Part shown: piece after piece, positions 9,734 to 19,281 of the stretch
Position numbering within the stretch: the first letter of the stretch is position 1
Layout of the letters: each line of letters begins with the position of its first letter
DNA from: an uncultured Methanosarcinales archaeon
Lineage (GTDB): Archaea > Nanobdellota > Nanobdellia > Woesearchaeales > JAGVZT01
Assembly: GCA_964419615.1 (NCBI GenBank)
Contig: CAYQPU010000013.1
Location: forward strand, 1-40,371
Reading direction: 5' to 3'
Length of the DNA stretch: 40,371 nucleotides
Notes under the pieces: generated by a model
The model's database searches: none
Told to the model about the DNA's origin: nothing
The model's input: the letters and a program-made list of their open reading frames with translations, nothing else
Made by a program: the position numbers and the translations under genes

Positions 9734-9991
9734 TTATTTAATCAAACATAGAACTGAGATTGAAAACTGTTTTTTGCATGTGACTCCTAATTCAGTGTTT
9801 GGAACATCCAATTTTTCAATTGGAATTTTATTAAAACTACAGTAGTGTTCCAAGTCATTACAATCTTCTGCTTTACAGTTTGAAGCCAAAAAGATTTTGA
9901 CAACTTCCCCAGATTGAATTTTTTTTATTGTTTGGTTCTTGCCAAAAACAAGTTTTTCAGTTTTTAGGTTTTTCTTTATTTCGTCTATCAT
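9734..9991 (-). CDS. rpl30e: 50S ribosomal protein eL30 (short, 85 aa)
   Basis: L7Ae/L30e fold pattern (FGKNQTIK...IFLASNC...ELGVTCKK) and synteny. Confidence 0.85.
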   Translation of the reverse strand: MIDEIKKNLKTEKLVFGKNQTIKKIQSGEVVKIFLASNCKAEDCNDLEHYCSFNKIPIEKLDVPNTELGVTCKKQFSISVLCLIK

Positions 9992-11123
9992 TTTGTTTCA
10001 TCTTTGTTATTAGTCCAGGTAAACCAGTTCCAACTGGTACTGGTTGGTTTAACATTACATTCTCAACTACAGAAGTTAGAGTGTCTACTTCTCCAACAAG
10101 AGCAGCTCCAATCACATGTCTAATTGGTGTTTCAAATGATGCTCTTGCAAGGACACTTCCTTTTTCTCTAACAATACCATATCTAGTGATTCCTTTAACA
10201 TCTGGTCCAAAGCACATTGTGTCTGCAACCAGCATGATGTGTCTTACATCCACATTCAAACCTTGATTTCTTATGACTTTAAAAACTTCATTCATTATTA
10301 TTTGTCTTGCTGCTTCAATACCAAGGACTGCTGCAACTTCATAAATATCATTTGAGAAAGTTTTAGTTGTGTCAACTTCTTCTAGCTTCATAACTTTTTT
10401 AAGATTTGTTCCAGCAGTTATTATTACAAATTGACCTTCTTCATTAATGACAGGTAGAACCTGAGTGATACCTTTGATGCCTCTTACTTGCATAGCTTTT
10501 AATTTTTGCTTGACTTTGTAAGTTGATCTAACATCATCACTTTTAGTTTTTAATTTCACAGTTATTGAACCATCTTTTGATTTGACAGTTCCGGTTTTAA
10601 TAGATTTTTTAACAACCTTTACAATATCTGCTTCTTTCATTGATGTTTCTTTTAGCTGAACAGGATCCAATTTTACTTCTACGGTTCCTTGAGTGATATC
10701 AACAACAAATTCACTTGCCAGTTCCCCCAGTTTTATTTCTTTAATTTGAAAAGCAATTTTTTTAATATCTTTACCTTTGTTGTAAGGAGGTTTTAAGTGA
10801 ACTTCCATCATAGGTGTTTTGATTGTTTTTCTACCGTCTAAGATTTCAATTATTCTTGGAAGTCCAACAGTAACGTTCATTTCAGACACACCTGCGAAGT
10901 GAAACGTATCCAAAGTCATTTGAGTTCCTGGTTCACCAATCGATTCTGCTGCAACCAAACCAACACATTCTCCTGGTTCAACTTTCATTTTATTATATTC
11001 ATTAACTGCTTTGTCCATGAATTTTTTTACACTCGCATCTGTTGCTTTTGCAGGAAGCACTTCTTTGGCATTATTAACTAGCTTTGGAGGAATTTGTTTA
11101 TTGTATTTTGTTGGTATTTTCAT
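9957..11123 (-). CDS. rpoA2: RNA polymerase subunit A'' (Rpo1C)
   Basis: [36 protein letters not shown]; start reset to ATG 11123 behind a GGTGA site. Confidence 0.97.
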   Translation of the reverse strand: MKIPTKYNKQIPPKLVNNAKEVLPAKATDASVKKFMDKAVNEYNKMKVEPGECVGLVAAESIGEPGTQMTLDTFHFAGVSEMNVTVGLPRIIEILDGRKTIKTPMMEVHLKPPYNKGKDIKKIAFQIKEIKLGELASEFVVDITQGTVEVKLDPVQLKETSMKEADIVKVVKKSIKTGTVKSKDGSITVKLKTKSDDVRSTYKVKQKLKAMQVRGIKGITQVLPVINEEGQFVIITAGTNLKKVMKLEEVDTTKTFSNDIYEVAAVLGIEAARQIIMNEVFKVIRNQGLNVDVRHIMLVADTMCFGPDVKGITRYGIVREKGSVLARASFETPIRHVIGAALVGEVDTLTSVVENVMLNQPVPVGTGLPGLITKMKQNDRRNKEKPKN

Positions 11124-11128
11124 AAATC

Positions 11129-13684
11129 TCACCTAATATTCTTCAAATTTAAAGTTCCACCTTCTGATTTGGAAACATCAATACTATCATCACCATATTT
11201 GAATTGTATAATTCTTTGTGAAGAGTCTCTGACTGTGTAATCATATTCAACTTTAAGATCTTGCATTGCATTTGCAAGTCTTCTGTAAAGGTAACCGGAT
11301 TTTGGAGTTCTAAGAGCAGTATCCATTAATGAGTCTCTACCTGTCATTGCACCAAAGAAAAATTCATGTGGTTTTAATCCTTGTTTGTATCCACTCCTAA
11401 TAAATCCTCTAGCATCTGGCATGAGATTATTCTTATCAAAAGCAGATAGAGTTCTTTCTTTGTAGCCTCTGTCTATTCTTTTTCCTCTCATTGCCTGTTG
11501 ACCAACACAAGATGCAACTTGAGCAAGGTTTAAGGGATTACCTCTTGCTCCAGATTCGGTCATGATCAAGAAGTGATTCCCTTCTCTTGCATATTTGGCA
11601 ACCACTTTTCCAGCTTGGTCTCTTGTTTTGTTTAATAGCTCCAGAATCTTTGCTTCTAATGTTTCTTTTTTTGTTCTACCTGGCAATGGTTCGAGTTTGC
11701 CTTCTTTAAATTGTTTAACTAATTCTGCAACTTCATTTTCTGATTTATTAATAATGTTCTGGATATCATCTACTGCATTTTTTGGAAGATCACTATCTGA
11801 GATCATTGTAGTAAAACCTCTTCTCAGCAGGACTTTAACACCTAACCTGAATATACTTCCAACCAAATCCAATGTGGCCTTTTCACCATATTGTTTATGG
11901 AATTGTCTTAAAAGCAATCCTGCACCATGACCAAGCAAAGCTTTGTCCATGTGGCCTTCAACAAGTTTTCCTTTTTTGATCTTAACTGATTTTCGATCTT
12001 TAGATTCACCATCAAAGTTAAAGTCACTTGGTAACAATACACTGAATACTTCTTTCCCAGAAACAGTTGTTTTTCCATCTAGTTCTGAAAAATCTTGCAC
12101 ACCAATAGTTGATAATAATGATATTGCATCTTCTCTTTTAAAACTCATTTCCTTTGTAAGCAAATAGTTACCTGCAATAGCGTCCTGCAGACAACCGACC
12201 ACACTTAGTCCATACCTTGGGCTAATAATTTGTGTTTGAACATCCATTAGAATCTCTGCTTCTGCTCTTGACTCTTCAGTTTGAGGCACATGTAGGTTCA
12301 TTTCGTCTCCATCAAAGTCTGCATTATATGGATGACAGACTGCTGGATTTAATCTTAGTGTTTTGTATGGGAGAACTTTAACACGATGGCACATCATAGA
12401 CATTCTGTGAAGACTTGGTTGTCTGTTAAATATAACAACATCTCCATCCAATAAGTGTCTTTCAACAAGATATCCTGGTTGAAGTTCTTCAAGCAATGCT
12501 TCTCGTGTCTCATCAGTAATTTTCTTTTTTTTGCCATCTGGCCTTATAACATAATTAGCTCCAGGGTATTCTTCTGGACCTTTGTCAATAAATTCTCTAA
12601 GATATTTCATGTTCCATTCTGTTACTCTTTCCGGAACTGTAAGTTTCATTGACATGATTTTTGGAACACCAACTTCATTTAGTTTAAGCATGGAATCTGG
12701 GCTGATAACAGTTCTTGCTGAGAAATTAGTTCTCTTACCTGCAAGGTTGTGTCTGATTCTTCCCTGTTTACTTTTAATTCTATTTGTGATTGTTTTTAAT
12801 GGCTGACCAGATCTATGTCTTGCAGGTGGAAGTTGTGCAACAGCATTATCAAAAAAGGTTGTTATATGGTATTGAAGAAGGTCCCAAAGATCTTCAATAA
12901 TAATCTCTGGTGCTCCAGCATTAATGTTTTCAAATAGTCTTTGATTTATTCTGACAATATCACCTAGTTTATGAGTAAGGTCATCTTCACTTCTCTCGCC
13001 ACTTTCAAGAGTGATTGAAGGTCTCATTGTGACTGGTGGAATTGGAAAGACAGTTAAGATCATCCATTCTGGTCGAGCATATCTTGGGTTTAAGCCAAAC
13101 AATTCACAGTCTGCATCAGAAACTTTTTCAAGTCTACTCCTTATTTCAATAGGAGTAATTCTTTTTTCATTCTCCAAGTAAGTTGTTGGTTTTTCAATTT
13201 TGATTTTATGCTGTTTTGCCTTACAGTGAGGACATTTAGTAGTATTTTTTAGCTTTGCAACAACTTTTCTAACAAGTTTTCTTTTTGCTTCTAGTCCACT
13301 TGATTTTTCAACATTTGTTAGCTCTTTAATTATCTTTTTTGCATCTGCATCTGTTAATAAGACTCTACAACATTCCCTACATGTTCCTCTAAGGATGTTA
13401 AGTACGATTTTTATAAATTTAATGTGAATGACAGGACGAGCAACAGCAATGTAACCAAAGTGACCAACACATTCTTTTAACTTACCACCACAGGTTTTAC
13501 ATCTTAATCCTGGATCAATAACACCCAGTCTTATATCCATTAGGCCACCATCAACAGGATAACCTTCCTTATCATAAAGCTCAGGTGTCACCACTTTAGC
13601 TGATGCCATCTTCTTTATCATTTTCGGGCTCATCAGTCCAAATATGATCTTGTCAATTTTTTTGTGAATGTGTGTTTGTTTCAT
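11129..13684 (-). CDS. rpoA1: RNA polymerase subunit A' (Rpo1N)
   Basis: Catalytic [20 protein letters not shown]-terminal zinc sites. Confidence 0.98.
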   Translation of the reverse strand: MKQTHIHKKIDKIIFGLMSPKMIKKMASAKVVTPELYDKEGYPVDGGLMDIRLGVIDPGLRCKTCGGKLKECVGHFGYIAVARPVIHIKFIKIVLNILRGTCRECCRVLLTDADAKKIIKELTNVEKSSGLEAKRKLVRKVVAKLKNTTKCPHCKAKQHKIKIEKPTTYLENEKRITPIEIRSRLEKVSDADCELFGLNPRYARPEWMILTVFPIPPVTMRPSITLESGERSEDDLTHKLGDIVRINQRLFENINAGAPEIIIEDLWDLLQYHITTFFDNAVAQLPPARHRSGQPLKTITNRIKSKQGRIRHNLAGKRTNFSARTVISPDSMLKLNEVGVPKIMSMKLTVPERVTEWNMKYLREFIDKGPEEYPGANYVIRPDGKKKKITDETREALLEELQPGYLVERHLLDGDVVIFNRQPSLHRMSMMCHRVKVLPYKTLRLNPAVCHPYNADFDGDEMNLHVPQTEESRAEAEILMDVQTQIISPRYGLSVVGCLQDAIAGNYLLTKEMSFKREDAISLLSTIGVQDFSELDGKTTVSGKEVFSVLLPSDFNFDGESKDRKSVKIKKGKLVEGHMDKALLGHGAGLLLRQFHKQYGEKATLDLVGSIFRLGVKVLLRRGFTTMISDSDLPKNAVDDIQNIINKSENEVAELVKQFKEGKLEPLPGRTKKETLEAKILELLNKTRDQAGKVVAKYAREGNHFLIMTESGARGNPLNLAQVASCVGQQAMRGKRIDRGYKERTLSAFDKNNLMPDARGFIRSGYKQGLKPHEFFFGAMTGRDSLMDTALRTPKSGYLYRRLANAMQDLKVEYDYTVRDSSQRIIQFKYGDDSIDVSKSEGGTLNLKNIR

Positions 13685-13685
13685 T

Positions 13686-16600
13686 TTAGTATTTGTCTAT
13701 TAGTTTTAATTGTGGATTTACGCAAAGACTTTTGAATTCATCCATTAGAAGTTTAAATGCAAAACTTATTTCTACATAATTAACTTTTGTTGTGTCACCA
13801 CATAAAGGACAATATGATTTGTTCTTGTATTCATCATAAACAGCAATCATACCACAAGCCTCACATACCGGAACCACTGTTCTATCAGAATCAAATCTTT
13901 CTTTTAATAACAATGATGCCCCATGTGCAACAAATGTATCCTTTTCCATTTCTCCTAGTCTTAATCCTCCTTCTTTGGCTCTACCTTCAGTAGGTTGTCT
14001 GGTTAACAATTGGATTGGACCACGAGCTCTTGCATGGATTTTGTTGCTTACCATATGTTTTAGTTTTAAGTAATACAGATTACCCACAAAAATTTGAACT
14101 TGATATTGTTTTCCTGTGACCCCATTGTACATTGTTTCTGTACCATTTTCTTTGAATCCGAGTTTGTGCAATTCAGCTCTTAAGTCTGCTTCTGTTTCGC
14201 TATCAAATATTGTTCCATCAATATGTCTTCCAGATAATGCCCCAACTTTGCCACCAATTAATTCTATTAAATGGCTAACTGTCATTCTTGATGGAATACC
14301 ATGTGGTGAGAATATAATATCTGGTACCACTCCAGATGCTGTGTATGGCATGTCGGCTTCTGGAACAATCAGACCCACAACTCCTTTTTGACCATGCCTA
14401 CTTGTAAATTTATCGCCAATTTCCGGAATCCTTTGGTCTCTTATTTTTATTTGAACTAGTTTGTTTCCTTCATCATTTTCAGTTAATAAAACAAAATCAA
14501 CTACTCCTTTTTCACCATGACTTATTGATATTGAGCTTTCTCTTCGGTTTTCAGTTGATAGTGAGTATTGGTCAACACTAGATAAGAATCTTGGTGGTGA
14601 TGTTTTTCCAATAACAACATCTCCTTCATCCACTTTGGCTTCTGGGAAGATAACACCATCATCTTCAAGATATTTATAGTCTTCTTCTGATTTGTATCCT
14701 TTAATATCCTTGTCAGGTATTCCTATTTCATCAACAAGACCTCCAGAATATCTGAGTTCTTCTGCAACAGAAGGTCTATAGTAAGTGCTTCTACCAAAAC
14801 CTCTTTGGATAGATGCTTGGTTTAGAATAATGGCGTCTTCCATGTTGTATCCTTCGTAACTCATAACTGCTACTACAACATTTTGTCCTGCAGGATGTTT
14901 GTCGTATTCTGCAAATTCATTCATGATTGTGTGAACAATAGGTTTTTGAGGTGTGTGCAAGACATTGACATCCATGTCCATTCTTATTGGGTAGTTTGCT
15001 GTGTAAAATCCAAGTCCTTGCTTTTGGTTCTTTGCACCCATATTAACTCTTGCAGGTGGACTAAAGTTTCCAAAAGGAACAATTGATGCAGCAATTCCAA
15101 ACATTGCCAATGGCATGATTTCTAAGTGAGTATGATACTCGGTTAGATCTTCATTTGAAAATGCAACGAGACAATTCTCTTCTTCCCCTGCATCGATGTA
15201 TTCAATTATACCTTGTTTAACTAGATCTGACCAGCTTATTTCATTTTTGTCAAGTTGTTTTACATGTTGATCAGAGAGTAAAGGTTTTCCATCTTTAACA
15301 ATTATTAATGGCCTAACTAATCTTCCTGATGCACTTTCAACATATATTTCATCTTTAGGAGAATGATACACGTTAAGCATTTTTGGGAGATTTCCTTTTC
15401 TACGCTCGTTTATAATTTGTTCCACAAATTCCTTTGAATTATCAACTGATCCCACAAACACGCTGTTAAGATATACTTCTTTTACTCCTTCACTCAAGGA
15501 TTTCATTCCAAGGTTAGTTAGAGCTTTTTTGATTTCAATACTATCTTCATTTTGTGAGACTATTGAGAGCATAGCTAAGTTTTTCTTTAGTCCAATGTTT
15601 GTTCCTTCTGGAGTTTCAATAGGACACAATCTTCCCAAATGAGTTGGATGAAGTTCTCTTGCTGCAAAATTTTCTTGTGTTGCTGATAAAGGACTTACCA
15701 CTCTTTGTAAGTGTGACATGGTTTCAAGGAAGTTTAATCTTTGGATCCTTTGTGAGACTCCTTTTCTACCTCCTACCCATGATCCAGTTGCCATTGATGA
15801 GAACATTCGCGAGGTGAATAGTTTTTCCCTGATGATTACTTTTATGCTTGGGAATTTACCTCTCTTTACAATCCTTTGGAAGTTGTACAATAAATCTCCA
15901 ATTAGAACTTTCAAGTTTACTCTAAAAAGATCTGCCAATAGATCTCCACTCATTTTGAGTCTCTTGTTCATGTAATGGTCTTTATCATCCACTCCAAGTT
16001 CACGATTAACAACCATTAGATATTTTTTTAGCATTTTACAAAGGTTATATGCCTTTGCGACTCTATCTTCTTCTTCTATACCTAAATTTGGAAGTAAATA
16101 TTTATCTAAAATTGATTTGATTCTTTCAATTCGGATATCTTTTGATTGTGTGATTCCTGCTTTTTTGGCAATATAATCTAGAGCCTCCTCTTGTGCTTTT
16201 ATGTCAGAGAATTCAACAAGATTGATGTAGATGTCATCAAAAACACGTTCAGAAGAAACAGCTTTCATAATCTCCTCATCTTTGAGTAGACCGAGAGCTT
16301 TGATTATAACCACTGTTGGAACTCTTTTTACCCTTGTAAACGACATGTATAAAACTCCATCTTTTCTCATTTCTAATGTGTGAGGTATTTTGTATGAACC
16401 TCTTTCAGAAAAGACTTTTCCAACAAATTCACTAACTCCGGTTGACGCTTTATTAACTAAAAGTTTGTTTGCTGCAAGGTCTTCAATCTTAACAAGTACT
16501 TTTTCAGTTCCATTAATAATAAAATAGCCTCCTGGTTCACCTGGGTCTTCCCCGCATTCAATTAGTTCTTCTCGGGATAGTCCATGTAAATGACAGTATT

Positions 16601-16976
16601 TAGATTTAAGCATGATTGGCATTTTCCCAATTTGAGTTGTGAATGACTCTCTTTTTGTTCCATTGATATGTGCACTAACCACAACAAATATTGGTGCAGC
16701 ATATGCTATTTTTCTTAGTCTTGCTTCAATAGGAAAAATATTTCTTTTGCTTCCATCTGCTTCAGTAATTTGGGGTTTTTGAATCCAAATTTTGTCTAAT
16801 TTAATTTTGAATTCATCAATATTATGAGGTATAATTGTAGGTTCAATATCTTGATTCTCCTCTATAATTTCTTGGAGTGTGTTATCAATAAAACTGTTGA
16901 AGCTTTCAATGTCAGATCCAATTAACGAATGTTCTTGAAAGAATTTTTTTAATAGTTTTTTCCCTGAATTATTCAT
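13686..16976 (-). CDS. rpoB: RNA polymerase subunit B (Rpo2, unsplit)
   Basis: GRLCPIETPEG, GDKFTSRHGQKG, GLRLGEMEKD; single 1096-aa ORF. Confidence 0.98.
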   Translation of the reverse strand: MNNSGKKLLKKFFQEHSLIGSDIESFNSFIDNTLQEIIEENQDIEPTIIPHNIDEFKIKLDKIWIQKPQITEADGSKRNIFPIEARLRKIAYAAPIFVVVSAHINGTKRESFTTQIGKMPIMLKSKYCHLHGLSREELIECGEDPGEPGGYFIINGTEKVLVKIEDLAANKLLVNKASTGVSEFVGKVFSERGSYKIPHTLEMRKDGVLYMSFTRVKRVPTVVIIKALGLLKDEEIMKAVSSERVFDDIYINLVEFSDIKAQEEALDYIAKKAGITQSKDIRIERIKSILDKYLLPNLGIEEEDRVAKAYNLCKMLKKYLMVVNRELGVDDKDHYMNKRLKMSGDLLADLFRVNLKVLIGDLLYNFQRIVKRGKFPSIKVIIREKLFTSRMFSSMATGSWVGGRKGVSQRIQRLNFLETMSHLQRVVSPLSATQENFAARELHPTHLGRLCPIETPEGTNIGLKKNLAMLSIVSQNEDSIEIKKALTNLGMKSLSEGVKEVYLNSVFVGSVDNSKEFVEQIINERRKGNLPKMLNVYHSPKDEIYVESASGRLVRPLIIVKDGKPLLSDQHVKQLDKNEISWSDLVKQGIIEYIDAGEEENCLVAFSNEDLTEYHTHLEIMPLAMFGIAASIVPFGNFSPPARVNMGAKNQKQGLGFYTANYPIRMDMDVNVLHTPQKPIVHTIMNEFAEYDKHPAGQNVVVAVMSYEGYNMEDAIILNQASIQRGFGRSTYYRPSVAEELRYSGGLVDEIGIPDKDIKGYKSEEDYKYLEDDGVIFPEAKVDEGDVVIGKTSPPRFLSSVDQYSLSTENRRESSISISHGEKGVVDFVLLTENDEGNKLVQIKIRDQRIPEIGDKFTSRHGQKGVVGLIVPEADMPYTASGVVPDIIFSPHGIPSRMTVSHLIELIGGKVGALSGRHIDGTIFDSETEADLRAELHKLGFKENGTETMYNGVTGKQYQVQIFVGNLYYLKLKHMVSNKIHARARGPIQLLTRQPTEGRAKEGGLRLGEMEKDTFVAHGASLLLKERFDSDRTVVPVCEACGMIAVYDEYKNKSYCPLCGDTTKVNYVEISFAFKLLMDEFKSLCVNPQLKLIDKY

Positions 16977-17229
16977 CCGCTACCACCCTATAAAATGTTG
17001 ATTTGCCTGCTGTAGGACTTTGTCTAGTAATCTTAATAACTTCTCCAGATTTTGCACTAAAATGTGCTATTGCTGGATCTCCTTTTGATATTTTTGGAAG
17101 TTGAAGAAGTGTTATGTTATACTTTTCAAGAAGTTTTTCAAGGTCCTTTTTTGAGAGTAACTCATGCTTTGGAACAAGAACGTGATCCAGTGGTTTTGGT
17201 TTGGTTGCTTTTGTCGATTTTTTTGCCAT
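16969..17229 (-). CDS. rpoH: RNA polymerase subunit H (Rpo5)
   Basis: HVLVPKHE...LPKI...DPAI...YRVV. Confidence 0.96.
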   Translation of the reverse strand: MAKKSTKATKPKPLDHVLVPKHELLSKKDLEKLLEKYNITLLQLPKISKGDPAIAHFSAKSGEVIKITRQSPTAGKSTFYRVVADE

Positions 17230-17266
17230 TTTTGGTTTGTGGTGGTTTATTGGGCGAGATTTTAAG

Positions 17267-17455
17267 TGGGCCGGACGGGACTTTCATAACCCTTTCGATT
17301 TCCAAAGCGGATTCGACATAGTCGAAGACGCCACTTTTTGGTCGAGCTTTTGCGCTCTGCGGAAAAGGTCGTTTTGAACCCGCGACCACCTGATTAAAAG
17401 TGTCACCCCTGCCTTCAGGCAAGACAGGTGCTCTGCCTAACTAAGCTACCGGCCC
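17267..17455 (-). tRNA. tRNA-Lys(UUU) with two introns: 30/31 (17402-17424, 23 nt) and 59/60 (17281-17372, 92 nt)
   Basis: Spliced GGGCCGGTAGCTTAGTTAGGCAGAGCACCTGACTTTTAATCAGGTGGTCGCGGGTTCAAATCCCGTCCGGCCCA. BHB central helices CACC/GGTG and TTCA/TGAA. No encoded CCA. Confidence 0.92.
17307..17371 (-). repeat. Shared palindromic intron module, copy in the tRNA-Lys T-loop intron
   Basis: CGACCTTTT-N11-AAAAGCTCGACCAAAAAGTGGCGTCTTCGACTATGTCGAATCCGC; 50 of 65 nt lie in blocks identical to 23376-23440. Confidence 0.85.
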
Positions 17456-17518
17456 TTAAGCCAAAATCCCTTGCAACAGGAATTTATAGCAATATTTTAC
17501 ACCAATCAGATTGGTGAA

Positions 17519-17680
17519 CGCCCTGGCCGGGACTTTCAAACAACCTCACCATTAAAATAGTGAGAGTCATACGTTTTTGAACCCGGGTCGAAGCCTTTCA
17601 ACGGCCTTAAAAGACCAGGAAATCTGGTTTTCCGGTGCCACGACAGGGCTTCATGATAAGCCAGGCTACACCACCAGGGC
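17519..17680 (-). tRNA. tRNA-Asp(GUC) with two introns: 37/38 (17597-17640, 44 nt) and 59/60 (17533-17575, 43 nt)
   Basis: Acceptor GCCCTGG/CCAGGGC, G73; anticodon arm AAGCC-CTGTCGA-GGCTT after splicing. The 37/38 BHB is relaxed. Confidence 0.9.
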
Positions 17681-17843
17681 ATTGCTGAATTGCTGGCCTA
17701 TTTAACCTTCTTCTAGCAAACAGAGTGCTTATTATTCTCTAAACACTAAAAGAAGGATTTCACGACCATGAGCTAGTGGATGTACTTGAATTTATAAATA
17801 TTTCTATTATTAAAATATATAGAAACAGCTAAGATTATAAAAA

Positions 17844-18022
17844 TGCCCCGTCCGGGACTTTCGAACAGCAACCTTTGTTGCAAATCTTCGAACCCAGGTC
17901 CCTGCCTGTCTTCCTTAGAATATGCAAGGAACCACTTGCATTTCCCTTGTCGAAAGGGCAGAATGATTGGTTGCCCAATCTTTTAACATTTGTAAAAGAT
18001 TACCGGACTACACCAACGGGGC
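17844..18022 (-). tRNA. tRNA-Glu(UUC) with three introns: 19/20 (17971-18002, 32 nt), 37/38 (17908-17950, 43 nt), 59/60 (17858-17886, 29 nt)
   Basis: Spliced GCCCCGTTGGTGTAGTCCGGCCAATCATTCTGCCCTTTCGAGGCAGGGACCTGGGTTCGAATCCCGGACGGGGCA. BHB helices GTCC/GGGC, CTTT/GAAG, TTCG/CGAA. Confidence 0.9.
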
Positions 18023-18096
18023 GTAATAATTGTGATTTTGAATTTGTTTTTAAACTTTGTGAATTTATACATATGATTCAGATATAAAAATAAAAA

Positions 18097-18263
18097 TGGG
18101 CCCACGGGGACTTTCCTTCAAACACAAATAGTATCTGCCCTTTGAACCCCGGACCACCGGCTCTCTTAGATTGTACCAATGGTTGTCATATAAGACCGGC
18201 ACTCTAGTTGCCTAGCAATGCCTTAGCATCTGGCAGATTGCTACCAGACTAAGCTATGGGCCC
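18097..18263 (-). tRNA. tRNA-Ile(UAU) with three introns: 19/20 (18208-18243, 36 nt), 37/38 (18163-18188, 26 nt), 59/60 (18111-18140, 30 nt)
   Basis: Spliced GGGCCCATAGCTTAGTCTGGCTAGAGTGCCGGTCTTATAAGCCGGTGGTCCGGGGTTCAAATCCCCGTGGGCCCA. BHB helix C32-T33-T34-A35 pairs with intron TAAG, fixing the anticodon as TAT. Body closely resembles tRNA-Ile(GAU) at 23347-23527. Confidence 0.85.
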
Positions 18264-18417
18264 ATAAAGAATTGAAACAAAAGATTAGTATTTAAAATTT
18301 GTTGTATATTGTATGATCAAATAAAGTCCAAAGAATAGTTTATCTAAAGTTAACAAAAGATTTGTCCTTTGATTAAAAAAAGAAATTTTAAAGTGTGTAT
18401 ACAAGTTAAAGAAAGGA

Positions 18418-18520
18418 TGCGACGGCCGGGGCTTTCGAAGCCAAAGGTTTTGACCTTTTGCTATTCGAACCCGGGCCCCCACCGTGGCAGGGTGGGATCC
18501 TACCACTAGACTACCGTCGC
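18418..18520 (-). tRNA. tRNA-Gly(GCC) with one 59/60 intron (18432-18463, 32 nt)
   Basis: Acceptor GCGACGG/CCGTCGC, A73; anticodon arm CCACC-CTGCCAC-GGTGG; BHB TTCG/CGAA. Confidence 0.93.
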
Positions 18521-18706
18521 TTAATTATTATGAGTTAATTAATCCTATATAAAATTAATGGTATTAAATAGGGACTCATTTTTAAAAAAAGTGATTAGTG
18601 AGTTAATAGATTTTATTATTAATAATTTGGTTAACATTTAATAATTTCACCACTTTTAGATAGTAAAAAACCGAAAGACTTAAATAATTAAAAACACATA
18701 AATTCA

Positions 18707-18955
18707 ATGAATATGTCAAATAGTTCAGGCGTTCCAAGCGTATTTGTTGATTTTATTGACTCTTTACCAGATCTAAATGCAGACATAATTATTAGAGAAA
18801 GTGAATTTCAGTATAGAATTAAAGATAATGGTATTACTCTTGATTGGAAATATACAGGGGGCCTATTAATAGAAACTAATGAGGATACAATTCCACCATG
18901 CCTGAAAGAAGTAACTGGTTCAGATTATAATCGTGTAAAGTTAGTTAGTGAATGA
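18707..18955 (+). CDS. Hypothetical protein, 82 aa, between tRNA-Gly and tRNA-Val
   Basis: ORF with an upstream GAAAGAC-TTAAATA promoter-like motif; no family recognised. Confidence 0.45.
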   Translation: MNMSNSSGVPSVFVDFIDSLPDLNADIIIRESEFQYRIKDNGITLDWKYTGGLLIETNEDTIPPCLKEVTGSDYNRVKLVSE

Positions 18956-19049
18956 CCAAATGTATTTATGTATTTGGATGATAGATTCTTTGGAGTGGAA
19001 CAGCTGAATGAATAATTATACTTATTCTAAATTCAACCAATTAAAAAAA

Positions 19050-19246
19050 TGGGCCCGGCCAGACTTTCTCACTAATGCTCGAAGCATTAATGCCCAAGCA
19101 TTAATATTTGAACTGGCGATCCTCGCCGGTTTTAGCGCAGATAAAATCCAGCAAAAAACTGGTTTTTTGCGCGTGTAAAGGCGATGTCATATGTGGCAAA
19201 AGTCACGTGCGAAACGCAGTTTCTGCAGCCACTAGACCACGGGCCC
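19050..19246 (-). tRNA. tRNA-Val(UAC) with three introns: 20a/21 (19191-19226, 36 nt), 37/38 (19129-19173, 45 nt), 59/60 (19064-19106, 43 nt)
   Basis: Anticodon arm TCGCC-TTTACAC-GGCGA after splicing; BHB helices GTGG/CCAC and TTTA/TAAA; T-loop intron ends GAAAG. Confidence 0.9.
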
Positions 19247-19281
19247 AAGTTTGAATAAAACAAAGAGAGAAAAAAGACTAT

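Noticed and set aside
7676-15975. Many short plus-strand ORFs opposite ribosomal protein and RNAP genes
   Set aside because: Antisense shadows of highly conserved minus-strand genes.
379-16976. Inteins or splits in PolB, RpoA' and RpoB
   Set aside because: Lengths are normal and the conserved motifs are contiguous.
17064-17422. ORF-track ORFs 17064-17321 (+) and 17162-17422 (-)
   Set aside because: They overlap rpoH and the intron-containing tRNA-Lys; open frames in GC-richer RNA sequence with no protein features.
18163-18194. Alternative reading of the 18097-18263 tRNA as Leu (UAA/UAG) or Met/Ile2 (CAU)
   Set aside because: There is no long variable arm, BHB geometry fixes the cut at 37/38, intron TAAG complements T34, and the body matches tRNA-Ile(GAU).
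17875-18506. ORFs 17875-18087 (+) and 18285-18506 (-)
   Set aside because: They overlap tRNA-Glu and tRNA-Gly; translations of structural RNA.
18953-19015. In-frame continuation of ORF 18707 past its TGA for 19 codons (possible recoding)
   Set aside because: TGA is the genuine stop of conserved genes here (rps12, rpl15e) and no in-frame TGA interrupts any conserved protein; the standard code is supported.
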